DNA of 64,000 nt from an uncultured Chloroflexia bacterium (GTDB taxonomy: Bacteria > Chloroflexota > Anaerolineae > Anaerolineales > Villigracilaceae), in the NCBI GenBank assembly GCA_963817265.1, contig CAWFNU010000017.1:10511-74510 (forward strand), written 5' to 3'. The notes under the pieces are model-generated. The model was not told the DNA's origin, ran no database searches, and worked only from the letters and a program-made list of their open reading frames with translations. Shown here piece after piece: positions 11,008 to 21,706 of the stretch. Within the stretch, counting starts at the first letter, position 1. Every line of letters begins with the position of its first letter. The position numbers and the translations under genes were made by a program.

Positions 11008-14000
11008 ATGTCCAAAGTTGCTTTGCGTGTATACAATCGTGAAATAGAAACGATGATTGAGGGCGGAAAACTAGATGAGGCGGTAGCACATTGCCAGAAT
11101 ATCCTAAAAACGTTTCCCATGCACGTCGAGACATACAAGCTGTTGGGGAAAAGTTTTCTCGAGGCTCGTCGCTACACGGATGCGGCTGATATTTTCCAGC
11201 GAACTTTGATGGCGGTTCCCGATGATTTCGTAGCCCATGTTGGAATGAGTATTATTCGTGACGACGAAGGGAAGCTTGATGACGCAATTTGGCACATGGA
11301 ACGTGCCTTTGAAGACCAGCCTTCCAATTTAGCGATCCAGAGTGAATTGCGCCGTCTGTATGGAAGGCGGGATGGTATTGAACCACCCAAGATCCGATTA
11401 AGCCGGGATGCGCTCGCCAATATGTATGCCCAAGGGGGGCTTTATCATCAAGCCATTGCAGAGATCCGTGCCGTGCTCGCGTTGGACCCTGATCGATCTG
11501 ATCTTCAGGTAATGTTGGCGCGAGCGTATTATCGTGCCGGACAAAAGGTGGAAGCCGCTGAAGTGGCAGCCAACCTGCTCAAGAATTATGCTTATTGCCT
11601 GGATGCCCTACGGGTGTTGGTGGATGTGCTCCCGGAGGAGTCGCAAACTGAGAACACCCAGGTATATCGTCAGCGTTTGCATTTGCTCGATCCTTATTCT
11701 TCATTTGTCACCGGATCCGTCTTTGGTTCTGATCAAGTAGGCGATGGGTCAGTTACTGTGGACCGATTGGAGTATGTTGCAGGTGCTGCCCCAGCTTCCC
11801 TGCAGCCGAACTGGGCTGCTACTTTGGGGATTAAGCTGGGAGAAGAAAAACCTGGTGAGCCGATCCCACCCTGGGTGACTCCCATCACAGACGAAAAACC
11901 TCCTGCTGCTCCAAAAGATATCCCTGAAGTCGCATTAACTCCTTCAAGCGACGAAAATTCCATCCCAGATTGGATGCAGAGCGTCGGGTGGAAAGAATCA
12001 AGCGGGAATGTCCCAGAAGCACCTCCGGAAAAAATCGTTGAAAAACCAGCAGTGCCTCTGGAAAAGGGTGATATGCCCGATTGGTTAAAATCCATGGAAC
12101 CCCAGGCAATCTCCTCCGAAAGTCCTGGACCCGAACCAATGCCTCCTTTCCCATCCTCACCAGAAGCGGGAGGAGTCCCCGAATGGCTCTCCGGGCTTGG
12201 GACGATTAAGGCAGTGGATGCCCAACCGGAATCTCCTATCTCTCTCCCTCCAGAATCTCCAAAGGATACCAATATATTCCCAGATTGGTTAAAGGAAATG
12301 GAGCCGGAAGGTGGTCTGCCCTCTGCCCAGACAATTCCCCAGGAAAAGATGGGAGAACCTGGTCGCGTGGATTTTGCTGTTCCAGAACAATCCGTCGCAC
12401 CTTCTCCAGAAATTCTGGAGTCTCCCGCGCCTCAAGCGTCGATGCCTGAATTGGGCGAGGACGCACCCTTACCGCCAATAGGTGAAGCCAAACCACTGAT
12501 TATTGAGGATGACACATTGGGTTGGCTGGAAAGTTTAGCTGCCAAACAGAGGGTTAAGGAAGAAGAACTTCTGATTAAGCCCGAAAATCGGACTGGTGAT
12601 ATACCTGCTTGGTTGCGCCCGGATGGCGAACAGGCACCTGTTCAGATCCCTCCGGAACCATCCGCCTCCTTGACCGAGACGCTTCCACTAGAACCGTTTC
12701 CCCTCCCGGGACAAGACTTGGTGGAAGCAACGCCTGAAACAGTGGAAGAAATTTCTTCGGTCGACGCAGTTGTAGAACCAGTACAACCACAAAATGTCTT
12801 CCAGGACGACAAGCCCGCGTGGTTGGCTGGTGCACCGGCAGTTGAGGAAATTACCCCGCCGGTAGAACAGGAACCCCAACCCACCCCCCCTGCTGAAGAA
12901 ATTCCAAGCAATGATCCTTCGGTGGTTCCTCCCGCACCGCTCAACATTGTTGAAGATCGGGAGGCATGGCTTAAAGACCTCGCAATCACTGAGCCGGAAC
13001 TCAAAGCGGAAGGGCTGCCTCCTCTTCCAGGTACAAGAATGGAAGAAATCCCACCCGTTGAACATGCAGATGAATCTTCACAACCTTTCAGCACAGAGGC
13101 TGACACGGAAACTTGGTTGCAAGGATTGGCACAGGTGGATCAACATGCTGAGCCTGAAGACTCACAGCCACGGTCAATAGGATCAACGGATGAAAGTTTT
13201 CCGGTAGCTTTGCCTGAATTCTGGACCTATCCATCCAATAACTGACGATGAAAGTCCTAATGTGGTTCTGGAAGACCTTGGAAGCTTGCCTGATAATGTC
13301 GAATTGGATGAATTTCAGCCACAAACCATTCTCCCCGCTGCCGAGGTTCCCGCTGTGGAACCTGAAATTACTACTGTCGAGCCGTTTAGGATCGATGTCG
13401 AAAGGGGGGCTGGCAGGAAGATTTGGCAACCCCAGAACCTGAGCCCGAAGTAGAAGAAACTAAGCCTCAATCCGCGACCTCCTCAAATCAAGTTTTTCCA
13501 AGTGAACCTGCAATTTCTCCCACTCCACCTTTCAACGTTGGAGATGATACCGACGCTTGGTTGGAAGGGTTGCCTCTGCCAGAAATAAAAACTGCACCGG
13601 TCGAAATTCCAGCTGCTCCCGTCGATCAGCCTGCTGCGCCGCCCGAATGGATTCAGAGGTCCACCCCGGAACCACCAGCTCAGGAGCATACACCAGCAGC
13701 TGAAAGCTCTATCGCACCGATGGAGGAGGATATTACAATAACCTCCTGGTTGAATAAGCATGATGTTGAAGCTGCACTTGGGAAAGCCCGGTCAGAAGCA
13801 CAGGTGGCACCCGCACAAGAATCACCTGCCAATGATTTGCCTGATTGGTTGAAGGAATCTGAACCGGTTAGTCCACTGGAAATAGAGAAAAAACCAGATG
13901 AAAAAATGCCTGAATGGCTTAGTGAGACCGTCCATTTGCCCGATCTTGGAGAGCTAAAAGTCCCCGCCTCGCCCAAGCCTTCCGAAGTGGAATTGCCTCC

Positions 14001-14454
14001 CCGGGTTGAGGATTCTATTCCGGTTTCCGTAACTCTGGCACCGACAAATTCGGTTGAATGGGTACCGGTTGAGGAAATACCTCCTCAGACCCCAGCTCTT
14101 CCAACCGAAGTGACTCCGATCGAACCGGTCCAAGAACCTCCGATCCAGCGTCAGATCCTGGGAGGAACCGGCATGCTTTCTCGTGTTCCCCTCGATGACA
14201 AGGATGCTGAATTTCTTGCGGCTGCCCAGACCGCACTGGATTCCAAGCAAATAAAAGAATCCATGCAAGCCTATTTGAAGCTCATCAAAAAAAATCGCTT
14301 GCTGGATGAGGTCATCCACGATTTGCGTGAAGCGATTTATCGGTTCCCGATCGATGTCAGTATCTGGCAAATGTTAGGAGATGCCTCAATGCGAGCAAAC
14401 CGCCTCCAGGATGCATTGGACGCATATACAAAAGCAGAAGAGCTGCTAAGATAA
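11008..14454 (+). pseudogene. giant TPR protein with a Pro/Glu-rich core carrying W-acidic repeats; reading frame broken twice (~13235 and ~13405)
   Basis: Track ORFs 11008..13245, 13262..13453 and 13423..14454 are in frames 0, 1 and 0 and share the same composition and repeat motif. There are N-terminal TPRs (residues ~20-230) and a C-terminal TPR-like end (SIWQMLGDASMRANRLQDALDAYTKAEELL). The second shift falls in a G6 run. Confidence 0.75.
11950..13925 (+). repeat. array of about 15 short coding repeats (hydrophobic-P-[DE]-W-[LMI]-x) spaced by 25-50 aa of P/E/A-rich linker
   Basis: Motifs seen in the translation: IPDWMQS, MPDWLKSMEP, VPEWLSGL, FPDWLKEMEP, LGWLESL, IPAWLRPD, KPAWLAGA, EAWLKDL, ETWLQGL, PEFWTY, DAWLEGL, PEWIQRS, TSWLNKH, LPDWLKESEP, MPEWLSET. 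Some copies are also similar at the DNA level (cc.gattggtt.aa...atgga.cc). Confidence 0.8.
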
Positions 14455-14547
14455 AATATATCTAATCGATTTCCAGAGAAGTCGTTTTGGAATTGGAAGA
14501 GGAGGGGGCGCATGGGGCGGGTCGGGATATCCGCCATGGTAAAATCA

Positions 14548-14576
14548 GATCTCGAGACCATACTTGTCTCGAGATC
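14548..14576 (+). terminator. perfect 11-bp stem / 7-nt loop hairpin between the TPR gene and ndk (terminator or processing/attenuator stem)
   Basis: gatctcgagac-catactt-gtctcgagatc followed by atttctt. The U-tail is weak and the hairpin sits only ~22 nt before the ndk ATG. Confidence 0.35.
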
Positions 14577-14598
14577 ATTTCTTGAAACGGAGAATAAC

Positions 14599-15053
14599 AT
14601 GGAAAGATCGCTCGTGCTTGTCAAACCCGACGGTGTCCAACGTGGACTGATCGGGGAAGTGATAGCCGTCTGGAACGCCGCGGTTTGATGCTTGTCGCGG
14701 CAAAATTTCTACAGGTCAGCCAGGAACTGGCTGAAACACATTATGCCATTCATAAAGGCAAACCATTTTATGACCTCTTGATCGAATATATTACTTCTGC
14801 ACCGGTCATGGCAATGGTCTGGGATGGACCTAATGCAGTGGCTGCCATCCGCCAGACGATGGGTGCCACCCGTCCTACTGAGGCTGCACCCGGGTCGTTG
14901 CGTCATGATTTTGCCCTGGAGATTGGTCGAAACCTGACCCATGCTTCGGATACGCTGGAAAATAGTGAAAAAGAGGTCGCGTTGTGGTTTAAACCCGATG
15001 AATTGATCGATTGGAAACGCGATACAGACCGGTGGATTTTTGAGAAGAGTTAG
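14599..15053 (+). pseudogene. ndk: nucleoside-diphosphate kinase, one frameshift (~14660)
   Basis: Own translation from the ATG at 14599 gives MERSLVLVKPDGVQRGLIGEVIA, then premature termination. Track ORF 14685..15053 continues it (..LVAAKFLQVSQELAETHYAIHKGKPFYDLLIEYITSAPVMAMVWDGPNAV..RNLTHASD). Restoring one C (gcc-cgt) gives VIARLERRGLMLVAAKF. Confidence 0.9.
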
Positions 15054-15192
15054 GGTTTTTATTCCATTTTATTTTGATTTATTTAATTCCCAATTTACCA
15101 TATTATACACGCTCGAAAAATGGATATCAATATATAATTAAATTAACAAATAGCAACGTATATCCCATCTATCATTACAGAAGGAGTATCTC

Positions 15193-15842
15193 ATGACCGA
15201 AGAATTATTCAAGAAAATGGCACAAAGCGTCCTGGATGGAGATTCTGATGCTGCCACCGCCCTGGCAAAGCAGGCAATTGCTGAGGGGGTTGATCCACTG
15301 GAGGCCATTACCAAAGGTTTTGTGACGGGTGTCAACAAGGTGGGCGAAAGTTTTGCCTGCGGGCAGGCCTTTTTGCCTGAACTGGTGATGGCTGGCGAAG
15401 CCATGAAAGCAGCAGTTTCCACACTGGAACCGGAAATGCAAAAACGGGGGGTTGAGCGCACGATGCTTGGAAAGGTCGTTCTGGCAACTGTTGAAGGGGA
15501 TATTCACGAAATCGGTAAATCGCTGGTTGGAACAATGCTCTCAGCTTCCGGTTTTCAGGTTTATGACCTGGGCGTGGATGTTCCAGCGGCAAGATCATTG
15601 CCAAGGTCCAGGAAGTGGATGCCGATCTTGTCGGCTTGAGCGCACTGTTGACGACCACGATGGTCAAGCAAAAGGAAGTGATCGACGAACTGGATAAGCT
15701 GGGATTGCGCAAGAAGGTCAAAGTGATGGTGGGCGGTGCACCAGTGACCCGCGATTGGGTTCAAAAAATTGAAGCAGACGGATACTCCGAAGACGCAATC
15801 GGGGCAGTCGGGCTGGCAAAACAACTGGTTGGCGCTGCATAA
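15193..15842 (+). pseudogene. cobalamin-binding corrinoid protein (MttC/MtbC/MtgC-like), one frameshift (~15590)
   Basis: AAGGAG RBS. The N-terminal helical cap (B12-binding_2-like) is followed by a B12-binding Rossmann domain with DxHxxG (GDIHEIGK), SxL (SALLTTTM) and GG (VMVGGAP). The gene is split between track ORFs 15193..15639 and 15615..15842. Confidence 0.85.
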
Positions 15843-15862
15843 GCGGACCTGGATGACCTACC

Positions 15863-17314
15863 ATGTCGAAAACGATCAAATCGATCACCAACCCGAAACT
15901 GCGATTGGAAATATTAACCCCGCAGGAAGTCAAAAAAATCCATGATGCCACCCTATGGATCATCGAAAAAGTTGGCGTGCGTTTCCCATCCAAACGCGCT
16001 CTGGATATCTGGGCTGCCCACGGTGCTGAGGTGGATCGCGAGAAAATGATCGTGCGTGCCAAGGCGGAACTGATCGAAAAAGCCTTGAAAACGTGTCCAC
16101 CGGTTTATTCGCTGGCAGCACGTGACCCGCAGCAGGATTTGCCGCTGGATGGAAACCATGTCTTTGTTGGCACGGATGGTTGCGGTGTGGAAGTGATCGA
16201 TATCAACACCGGAGAACGCCGGACTTCCTGCCTGCAAGATGTGCGCGATATTTCCCGCATCGCCGATGCGACCGAGGAAGTGGCTTTCCACTGGGTACCG
16301 GTCTCTGCGCAGGATATGCCTCCCGAAACGCGCGGCCTGCATGAGATCAAGGCCATTTGGGAAAATTCCACCAAGCACGTCCAGACCGAATCCATTTATA
16401 ACGAACGGGAAGCCCGCGCTGCCATTGAAATGGCAGCTCTGATCGCCGGCGGAAAGGACAAATTACGCCAACGCCCGGTCCTTTCACTTGATGCAGTGCT
16501 CCGCTCCTCCGCTCGGACATGATGGCGGCAGCCTGGATGCAGCGCTGGTGGCTGCAGAATACGGTCTTCCCACCGGGTTCATGACCATGGCAGCCAACCT
16601 GACCACCGGTCCAGCCACGCTGGCGGGCAACCTGGCGGTCGGAAATGCGGAGGTGATCGCCGGTACCGCCTTATCCAGCTGGCTTACCCGGGTGCGCCGG
16701 TCTTTTATGCCGCGGCTCAAACCGCCTCCGATCTGCGGACAGGTGCCTATACCGGCGGTGGTCCGGAGGATTTCCTCTACGGAGCAGCCACCAATGTGCT
16801 TTCCGATTTCTATAATATCCCGCTCTCGATGGGTTCGTTTGCCACCGGTGCAAAAGAACCAAACTGGCAGGCCGGCATTGAGAACAGCCTGTCCACGTTC
16901 ATGGCAAGCATTGTCATGTCGGATATGCTTCTGGGTGTGGGATTCCTGCATGGAAGCCGCATCTGGTCGTTTGCTGAGATGATGATGGATTGCGAGATTT
17001 TCTCCATCATCCGCAAGACGATGCAAGGCATTGTCGTGGATGATGAGACCCTGGCGCTCGATACGATTGCTGCCGTTGGTCCGGGGGCAATTTCCTGTCA
17101 CAGAAGCACACTCTCAAGCACATGCGCGAGCTGTTCCTGCCGCAATTCATGGACCGGCGTCCATTTAATGAATGGGAAGCGAAGAAAGACGATGCCCGCG
17201 ATTGGGCACTGGCGAAAGCTCGCAAAACGTTGGAGACACACCAACCTGATCCGCTTGATGAAAAAATCAGCACTGAAATGGCGAAAGATCATTTCATCGC
17301 TGGAGAAAAAATGA
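15863..17314 (+). pseudogene. MttB-superfamily (trimethylamine-methyltransferase-like, non-pyrrolysine) methyltransferase, paralog 1; at least 3 frameshifts
   Basis: Pieces lie in track ORFs 15863..16522, 16488..16982, 16796..17314 and 17122..17541. Stitched, they read ..RPVLSL.MQCSAPPLGHDGGSLDAALVAAEYGLPTGFMTMAANLTTGPATLAGNLAVGNAEVIAGTAL.IQLAYPGAPVFYAAAQTASDLRTGAYTGGGPEDFLYGAATNVLSDFYNIPLSMG..VGPGGNFLSQKHTLKHMRELF.. (~480 aa). One break is a missing G in a G-run (~17093). None of the breaks is an amber codon. Confidence 0.85.
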
Positions 17315-18775
17315 CTGCCCTGCAGCCAAAACTTGAACTCCTGACATATGACTTGATTGCCCGCATCCTGGATGAAGCTTTCCAGTTAATGCAAAAACCA
17401 GGGATTAAAGTCCAATCGTCTGAAGCGCGTGATTTGTTGATTAAGGCCGGGGCGACGGCTGACGGGAGAAGTGGTCAAGATCCCGGAGAAAATTGTTCGC
17501 AAGGCACTGGATACTGTCCCGGCGGAATTCCATCTATATGACCGGAGTGGCAATCCCAAGGTCCATTATGGGGGCAACTCAGTCCACTTTGATCCCGGTT
17601 CATCGGGAGTGCATATTCTCGATCCAGATACGCTGGAGCATAAGACCTCCTATACCGCCGATCTGGTGCGGATGGTCAAGGTGACGGAGATGCTCCCGCA
17701 GTACGACGCCCAGTCCACGGCTATCGTATGTAATGAAGTCCCCAAAGCCATTGGTGATTTATATCGGCTTTATCATTGTCCTGTTGTTTTCGAAAAAACC
17801 GATCGTGACCGGATCGTTTTCCCTGCAAACCCTGGGCACAATGATTGATATGCTGGCAATTTTCTCGGGAGGTCGCCAGTCTCTGGCGGAGAAACCACAG
17901 GCGGTTTTTGATGTATGTCCATCACCTCCACTGATCTGGAGCGATTTTGGTGCTGGAAATCTTATCGAATTGGCCCGCGAAGGGTTCCTGCAGAACTTAT
18001 CTCGATGCCGTTGGCCGGAGCAGCTGCTCCGGTGACCTTGCTGGGCTCGGTGGTTCAGCATGCTGCCGAAAGTTTAAGCGGAATCGCCATCCACCAGCTT
18101 GCCAATCCCGGTGCTCCCATCGTGTGGGGAGGTGCGCCGGCAATATTCGATATGCGCCATGGCACCACTCCGATGGGCGCAATTGAGACAGCCATGATCG
18201 ATGCTGCATATGCACAGGTTGGCAAGTCGCTCAATCTGCCAACCCATGCCTATCTTGGTGCTTCTGACGCCAAGATAGTGGATGCCCAGGCTGGGATTGG
18301 AAAGCGGTATTACTGCCCTGGTTGGAGCGCTGGCTGGGATTAATATGATCTCGGGGGCAGGGATGCTCGATTTCCTGGCCTGTCAAAGCCCGGAAAAACT
18401 GGTGGTGGATGCGGAAGGGATTGCCATGGCCCAGCGTCTGTTGGCCGGGATCGAGGTCCGTACAGAGACGCTGGCAACTGCTCTTTTCGAAGGGATCAAT
18501 TTCAAAGGTGACTTCCTCAAGCAAAAGGTGACTCGTGAGTTATTTTCCAAGGAACAATACCTCCCCTCGGCAGTGATCGACCGGGAATCCAATCGCGGCT
18601 GGCAGGCAGCGGGAAGTCTCGATACCTTTGCCCGTGCAAAAATTCGAGTTGCTGAACTGATCGCATGCTTATCATCGTCCAGATTATCCTCCAGAACATG
18701 AACTCAAATTGCGGACGATGGTGGAGAACTCAGGCTCACAAAGCTGGCATGCAGGATCTCCCCCGATTGGAATAA
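17311..18775 (+). pseudogene. MttB-superfamily methyltransferase, paralog 2; at least 5 frameshifts
   Basis: Pieces lie in track ORFs 17122..17541 (from M64, MTALQPKLELLTYDLIARILDEAFQLM), 17471..17848, 17733..18035, 17915..18343 and 18282..18701. Stitched, they read ..CPSPPLIWSDFGAGNLIELAREG.PAELISMPLAGAAAPVTLLGSVVQHAAESLSGIAIHQLANPGAPIVWGGAPAIFDMRHGTTPMG..DAQAG.ESGITALVGALAGINMISGAGML.. The end at ~18775 comes from own translation (..TQAHKAGMQDLPRLE*). Confidence 0.8.
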
Positions 18776-18780
18776 TCATC

Positions 18781-18826
18781 ATGCGTCATCAGAACGAATG
18801 GCAGTTGTTCTGGTGGCGCATTTTTT
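18781..18826 (+). terminator. rho-independent terminator closing the corrinoid/MttB1/MttB2 unit
   Basis: 15-bp stem (atgcgtcatcagaac / gttctggtggcgcat, with two G-U pairs), a 10-nt loop, then a T6 run. Confidence 0.75.
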
Positions 18827-18874
18827 GCTAATATGTATATACAGATGACCCGTTTTCTAACCTAGGAGGAAGGG

Positions 18875-20576
18875 ATGAATAAAAAATCAATTCTGTACGC
18901 TTGTTTTTCTGTCATGGTTGCAGCCAGTATGCTCCTCAGCGGTTGTGGAGGCGCTACTGCAACTCCCGTTGTGCCGGGGAACACCCCACAGGTTCCTCAG
19001 CCTTCCCAGACAGCAGTCCCGGAAAAGAAGGTTGCTACGCTCATTTTCACCCAGGAATTTGACAACCTTGCCCCTCTGTACAGCAGCATGTGGTTCGTCT
19101 GGACAACCTGGCAAATGTTTGATCACTGGGCATGGGAATTCGATTCCAACAACGAACCTTTCCCACGTCCTGGTGACTGAAATTCCCAGCATTGAAAACG
19201 GCGGAGTCAGCGCGGACGGAACCGTGATCACCATGCATTTGCGAAATGATATTAAATGGTCGGATAACGTCCCATTAACTGCCGAGGATTTCATCTTTAC
19301 CTGGCAGATGGCGGTCAGCCCTCAGAACACAGTTGCCACTACCTATCCATATGACATGATTTCAACCGTGGAAGCCCCTGATCCTCAAACAGTGGTAGTT
19401 ACCTTCTCCGAACCGTTTGCCCCCTGGTTGGCGAACCTTTGGCATGGGATCCTGCCTGCCCATATCCTGAGCCCTGTTTACGAGGCGGACGGAACCATAG
19501 ACAATGCTAAATGGATAAAACAACCGACTGTCGGCTGTGGCCCATATAATTTTGCGGAATGGGAGTCGGGTAGTTATGCCCGTTTCGTGCGTAATGATAA
19601 TTATTGGGGCACTCCAGCCAAGATCGATGAGATCTTCATCCGCTTCGTTCCCGATGACGCCTCACAGACAGCGGCGTTAAAAGCCGGGGATGCCGATTTG
19701 GGAACCTTTATTTCGTATAGTGATGTACCCGCGCTTCAAGATGAAGGTCTGAAGATTGTCATCGAGCCAAGTGGTTACAACGAGTTTATGTTTTTCACGC
19801 TCAATGCCCAGAAGAATAACCCCGGATTGCAGGACGTCAGGGTGCGGAAAGCGATTGCTCTCGCAATTAATCGTGATGGGATCAATCGCGATTTACATTT
19901 TAGTTTAACCAAAACACCTGCTAGTTTTTGGGATGCATTGCCCTATTATAACAACCCTCCCCTTACACCCTACCCATATGATCCAGCACAGGCGAAAAGT
20001 TTGCTGGACGAAGCTGGTTGGGTAGATAGTAATGGGGACGGTGTTCGCGAAAAGGATGGCGTAAAGCTTGAGATCTCGCATGCTACTACCATCCGGGAAG
20101 ATCGGCAGGATGTCCAGGCTGTCATGCAGCAGAACCTGGCTGACGTCGGGATCAAACTGGATGTGAATCCTGTGGATGATACCCTGTTTTTTGCGAGCTA
20201 TGCTGATAATGGTCCAGCTGCCAGGGGCGATTACGACATCCAGGAGTGGTCTGATGGTCCCCTGTTCCCGGATCCGGATATTTATTACTGGTTGTGCGAC
20301 CAGATCCCTACGGATGCAAACCCCACCGGGGAAAACTGGTTCTATATTTGCGATGAACAACTTGACGCCCTGATCAAGCAGCAGTCCACGCAGGTTGATC
20401 CAGTGGCAAGGCAGGCCACAATTTCGCAGATCAACCAACTCTTCTATGATAAAGTCTATATTATCGGCATGTGGCAGGATCCGGATGTTTATGCGCTCGG
20501 TTCACGTCTGCAAAATGTAAAATTCTCCGGCGTGACTATGTTCTACAATATTGCCGAGTGGGATCTCGTTCCATAA
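18875..20576 (+). pseudogene. ABC transporter substrate-binding lipoprotein, family 5 (Dpp/Opp/nickel/opine type), one frameshift (~19165)
   Basis: GGAGG RBS and a lipobox signal (MNKKSILYACFSVMVAASMLLSGC). Track ORF 18875..19180 supplies the N-terminus and the real frame continues in 18918..20576 (..HVLVTEIPSIENGGVSADGTVITMHLRNDIKWSD..GCGPYNFAEWESGSYARFVRNDNYWG..). Confidence 0.85.
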
Positions 20577-20597
20577 CCAATCCAATGCATAGAAATT

Positions 20598-20627
20598 ATG
20601 AGGAGCCGGATATCACCGGCTCCTCAT
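20598..20627 (+). terminator. strong hairpin immediately after the SBP gene (partial terminator / mRNA-stabilising stem)
   Basis: A perfect 12-bp stem atgaggagccgg / ccggctcctcat with a 6-nt loop, followed by ttc. Such stems are commonly found between SBP and permease genes. Confidence 0.5.
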
Positions 20628-20661
20628 TTCACCTCCCAATGTTTTACTTGGAAGGCGCAAT

Positions 20662-21693
20662 ATGACTCGCTATATCATCAAACGGCTACTCCAGGGCATC
20701 CCTCTGCTATTTATCATCAGTGTGGTTTTATTTGCTTTAATGATGAGCACGGGGGATCCTGTCGCCACCATGGGAGGACGGCGGGTTACTCGTGCTGACG
20801 ATTATGAGCGGCTTAAGCGGCAATTGGGGCTTGATAAACCAATTTATGTTCAGTATGTCTACTGGCTGGTAGGCAATACTTGGGCCAAAACCGACCTTAA
20901 TGGAGATGGAGTGGCTGAAACACCAGGCACTCGTTTGGGCATCCTGCGCGGAGATTTCGGGAACTCATTGGTCGACCGCATGCCAGTCATGCAGGTGATT
21001 GGTGCACGGATTCCGAACACGCTAATCTTGATGTTGTCTGGTGAATTGATCGTCATCCTGGGTGCTTTGGTCGTTGGGGTTTACTCTGCATTAAGGCAGT
21101 ATTCTGTATTGGACCACGTATTGACAGCGTTATCATTCATCGGGTATTCTATGCCGATCTTTTTCATTGCTTTGATTCTCATGTTCATATTTGCTGTGCA
21201 ATTTAAAAAATGGGATCTACCTTATCTCCCAACGGTCGGTATGTTCGATCCTCAGGTCGGCAAAACATTCTTGCAGGTGATTTATCACATGATCCTTCCT
21301 GTGATCAGCATGTCGGTGGTCAGTCTGGCTTCCTACAGCCGCTACATTCGCAGTACTATGCTCGATGTGCTAAATCAGGATTATATCCGCACAGCTAGGT
21401 CCAAGGGTTTACCGCGCCGTTCGGTTGTATTTGTGCACGCCCTTAAGAACGCTTCCCTTCCCATTGCCACCATTGTTGGTTTGGATCTACCCTTCCTGCT
21501 GGGAGGGGCGGTCGTAACCGAGCGTATTTTTGCCTGGCCGGGCATGGGACGACTTTTCCTGGATCATGTCAACCGGGCTGATACACCGGTTGTCATGGGT
21601 AGCCTCATGCTTGTCGCAGTAGCCGTGATAGTATTCCAGATCATCACCGATATTGTTTATGCCTGGCTGGATCCGCGCATCCGGTACGATTGA
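20662..21693 (+). CDS. ABC transporter permease (DppB/OppB-like)
   Basis: 343 aa with 6 TM helices. BPD-transporter EAA loop (YIRTARSKGLPRRSVVFVHALKNA) and the N-terminal MTRYIIKRLLQ motif typical of DppB/OppB. Confidence 0.9.
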   Translation: MTRYIIKRLLQGIPLLFIISVVLFALMMSTGDPVATMGGRRVTRADDYERLKRQLGLDKPIYVQYVYWLVGNTWAKTDLNGDGVAETPGTRLGILRGDFGNSLVDRMPVMQVIGARIPNTLILMLSGELIVILGALVVGVYSALRQYSVLDHVLTALSFIGYSMPIFFIALILMFIFAVQFKKWDLPYLPTVGMFDPQVGKTFLQVIYHMILPVISMSVVSLASYSRYIRSTMLDVLNQDYIRTARSKGLPRRSVVFVHALKNASLPIATIVGLDLPFLLGGAVVTERIFAWPGMGRLFLDHVNRADTPVVMGSLMLVAVAVIVFQIITDIVYAWLDPRIRYD

Positions 21694-21706
21694 TTAAAAC
21701 GGCATT

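Noticed and set aside
15054-15192. Cobalamin riboswitch or a defined promoter upstream of the corrinoid/MttB operon
   Set aside because: The region is AT-rich with an AAGGAG RBS, but I could find no B12-box-like GC-rich core. The -35/-10 candidates have poor spacing, so it is not supportable by eye.
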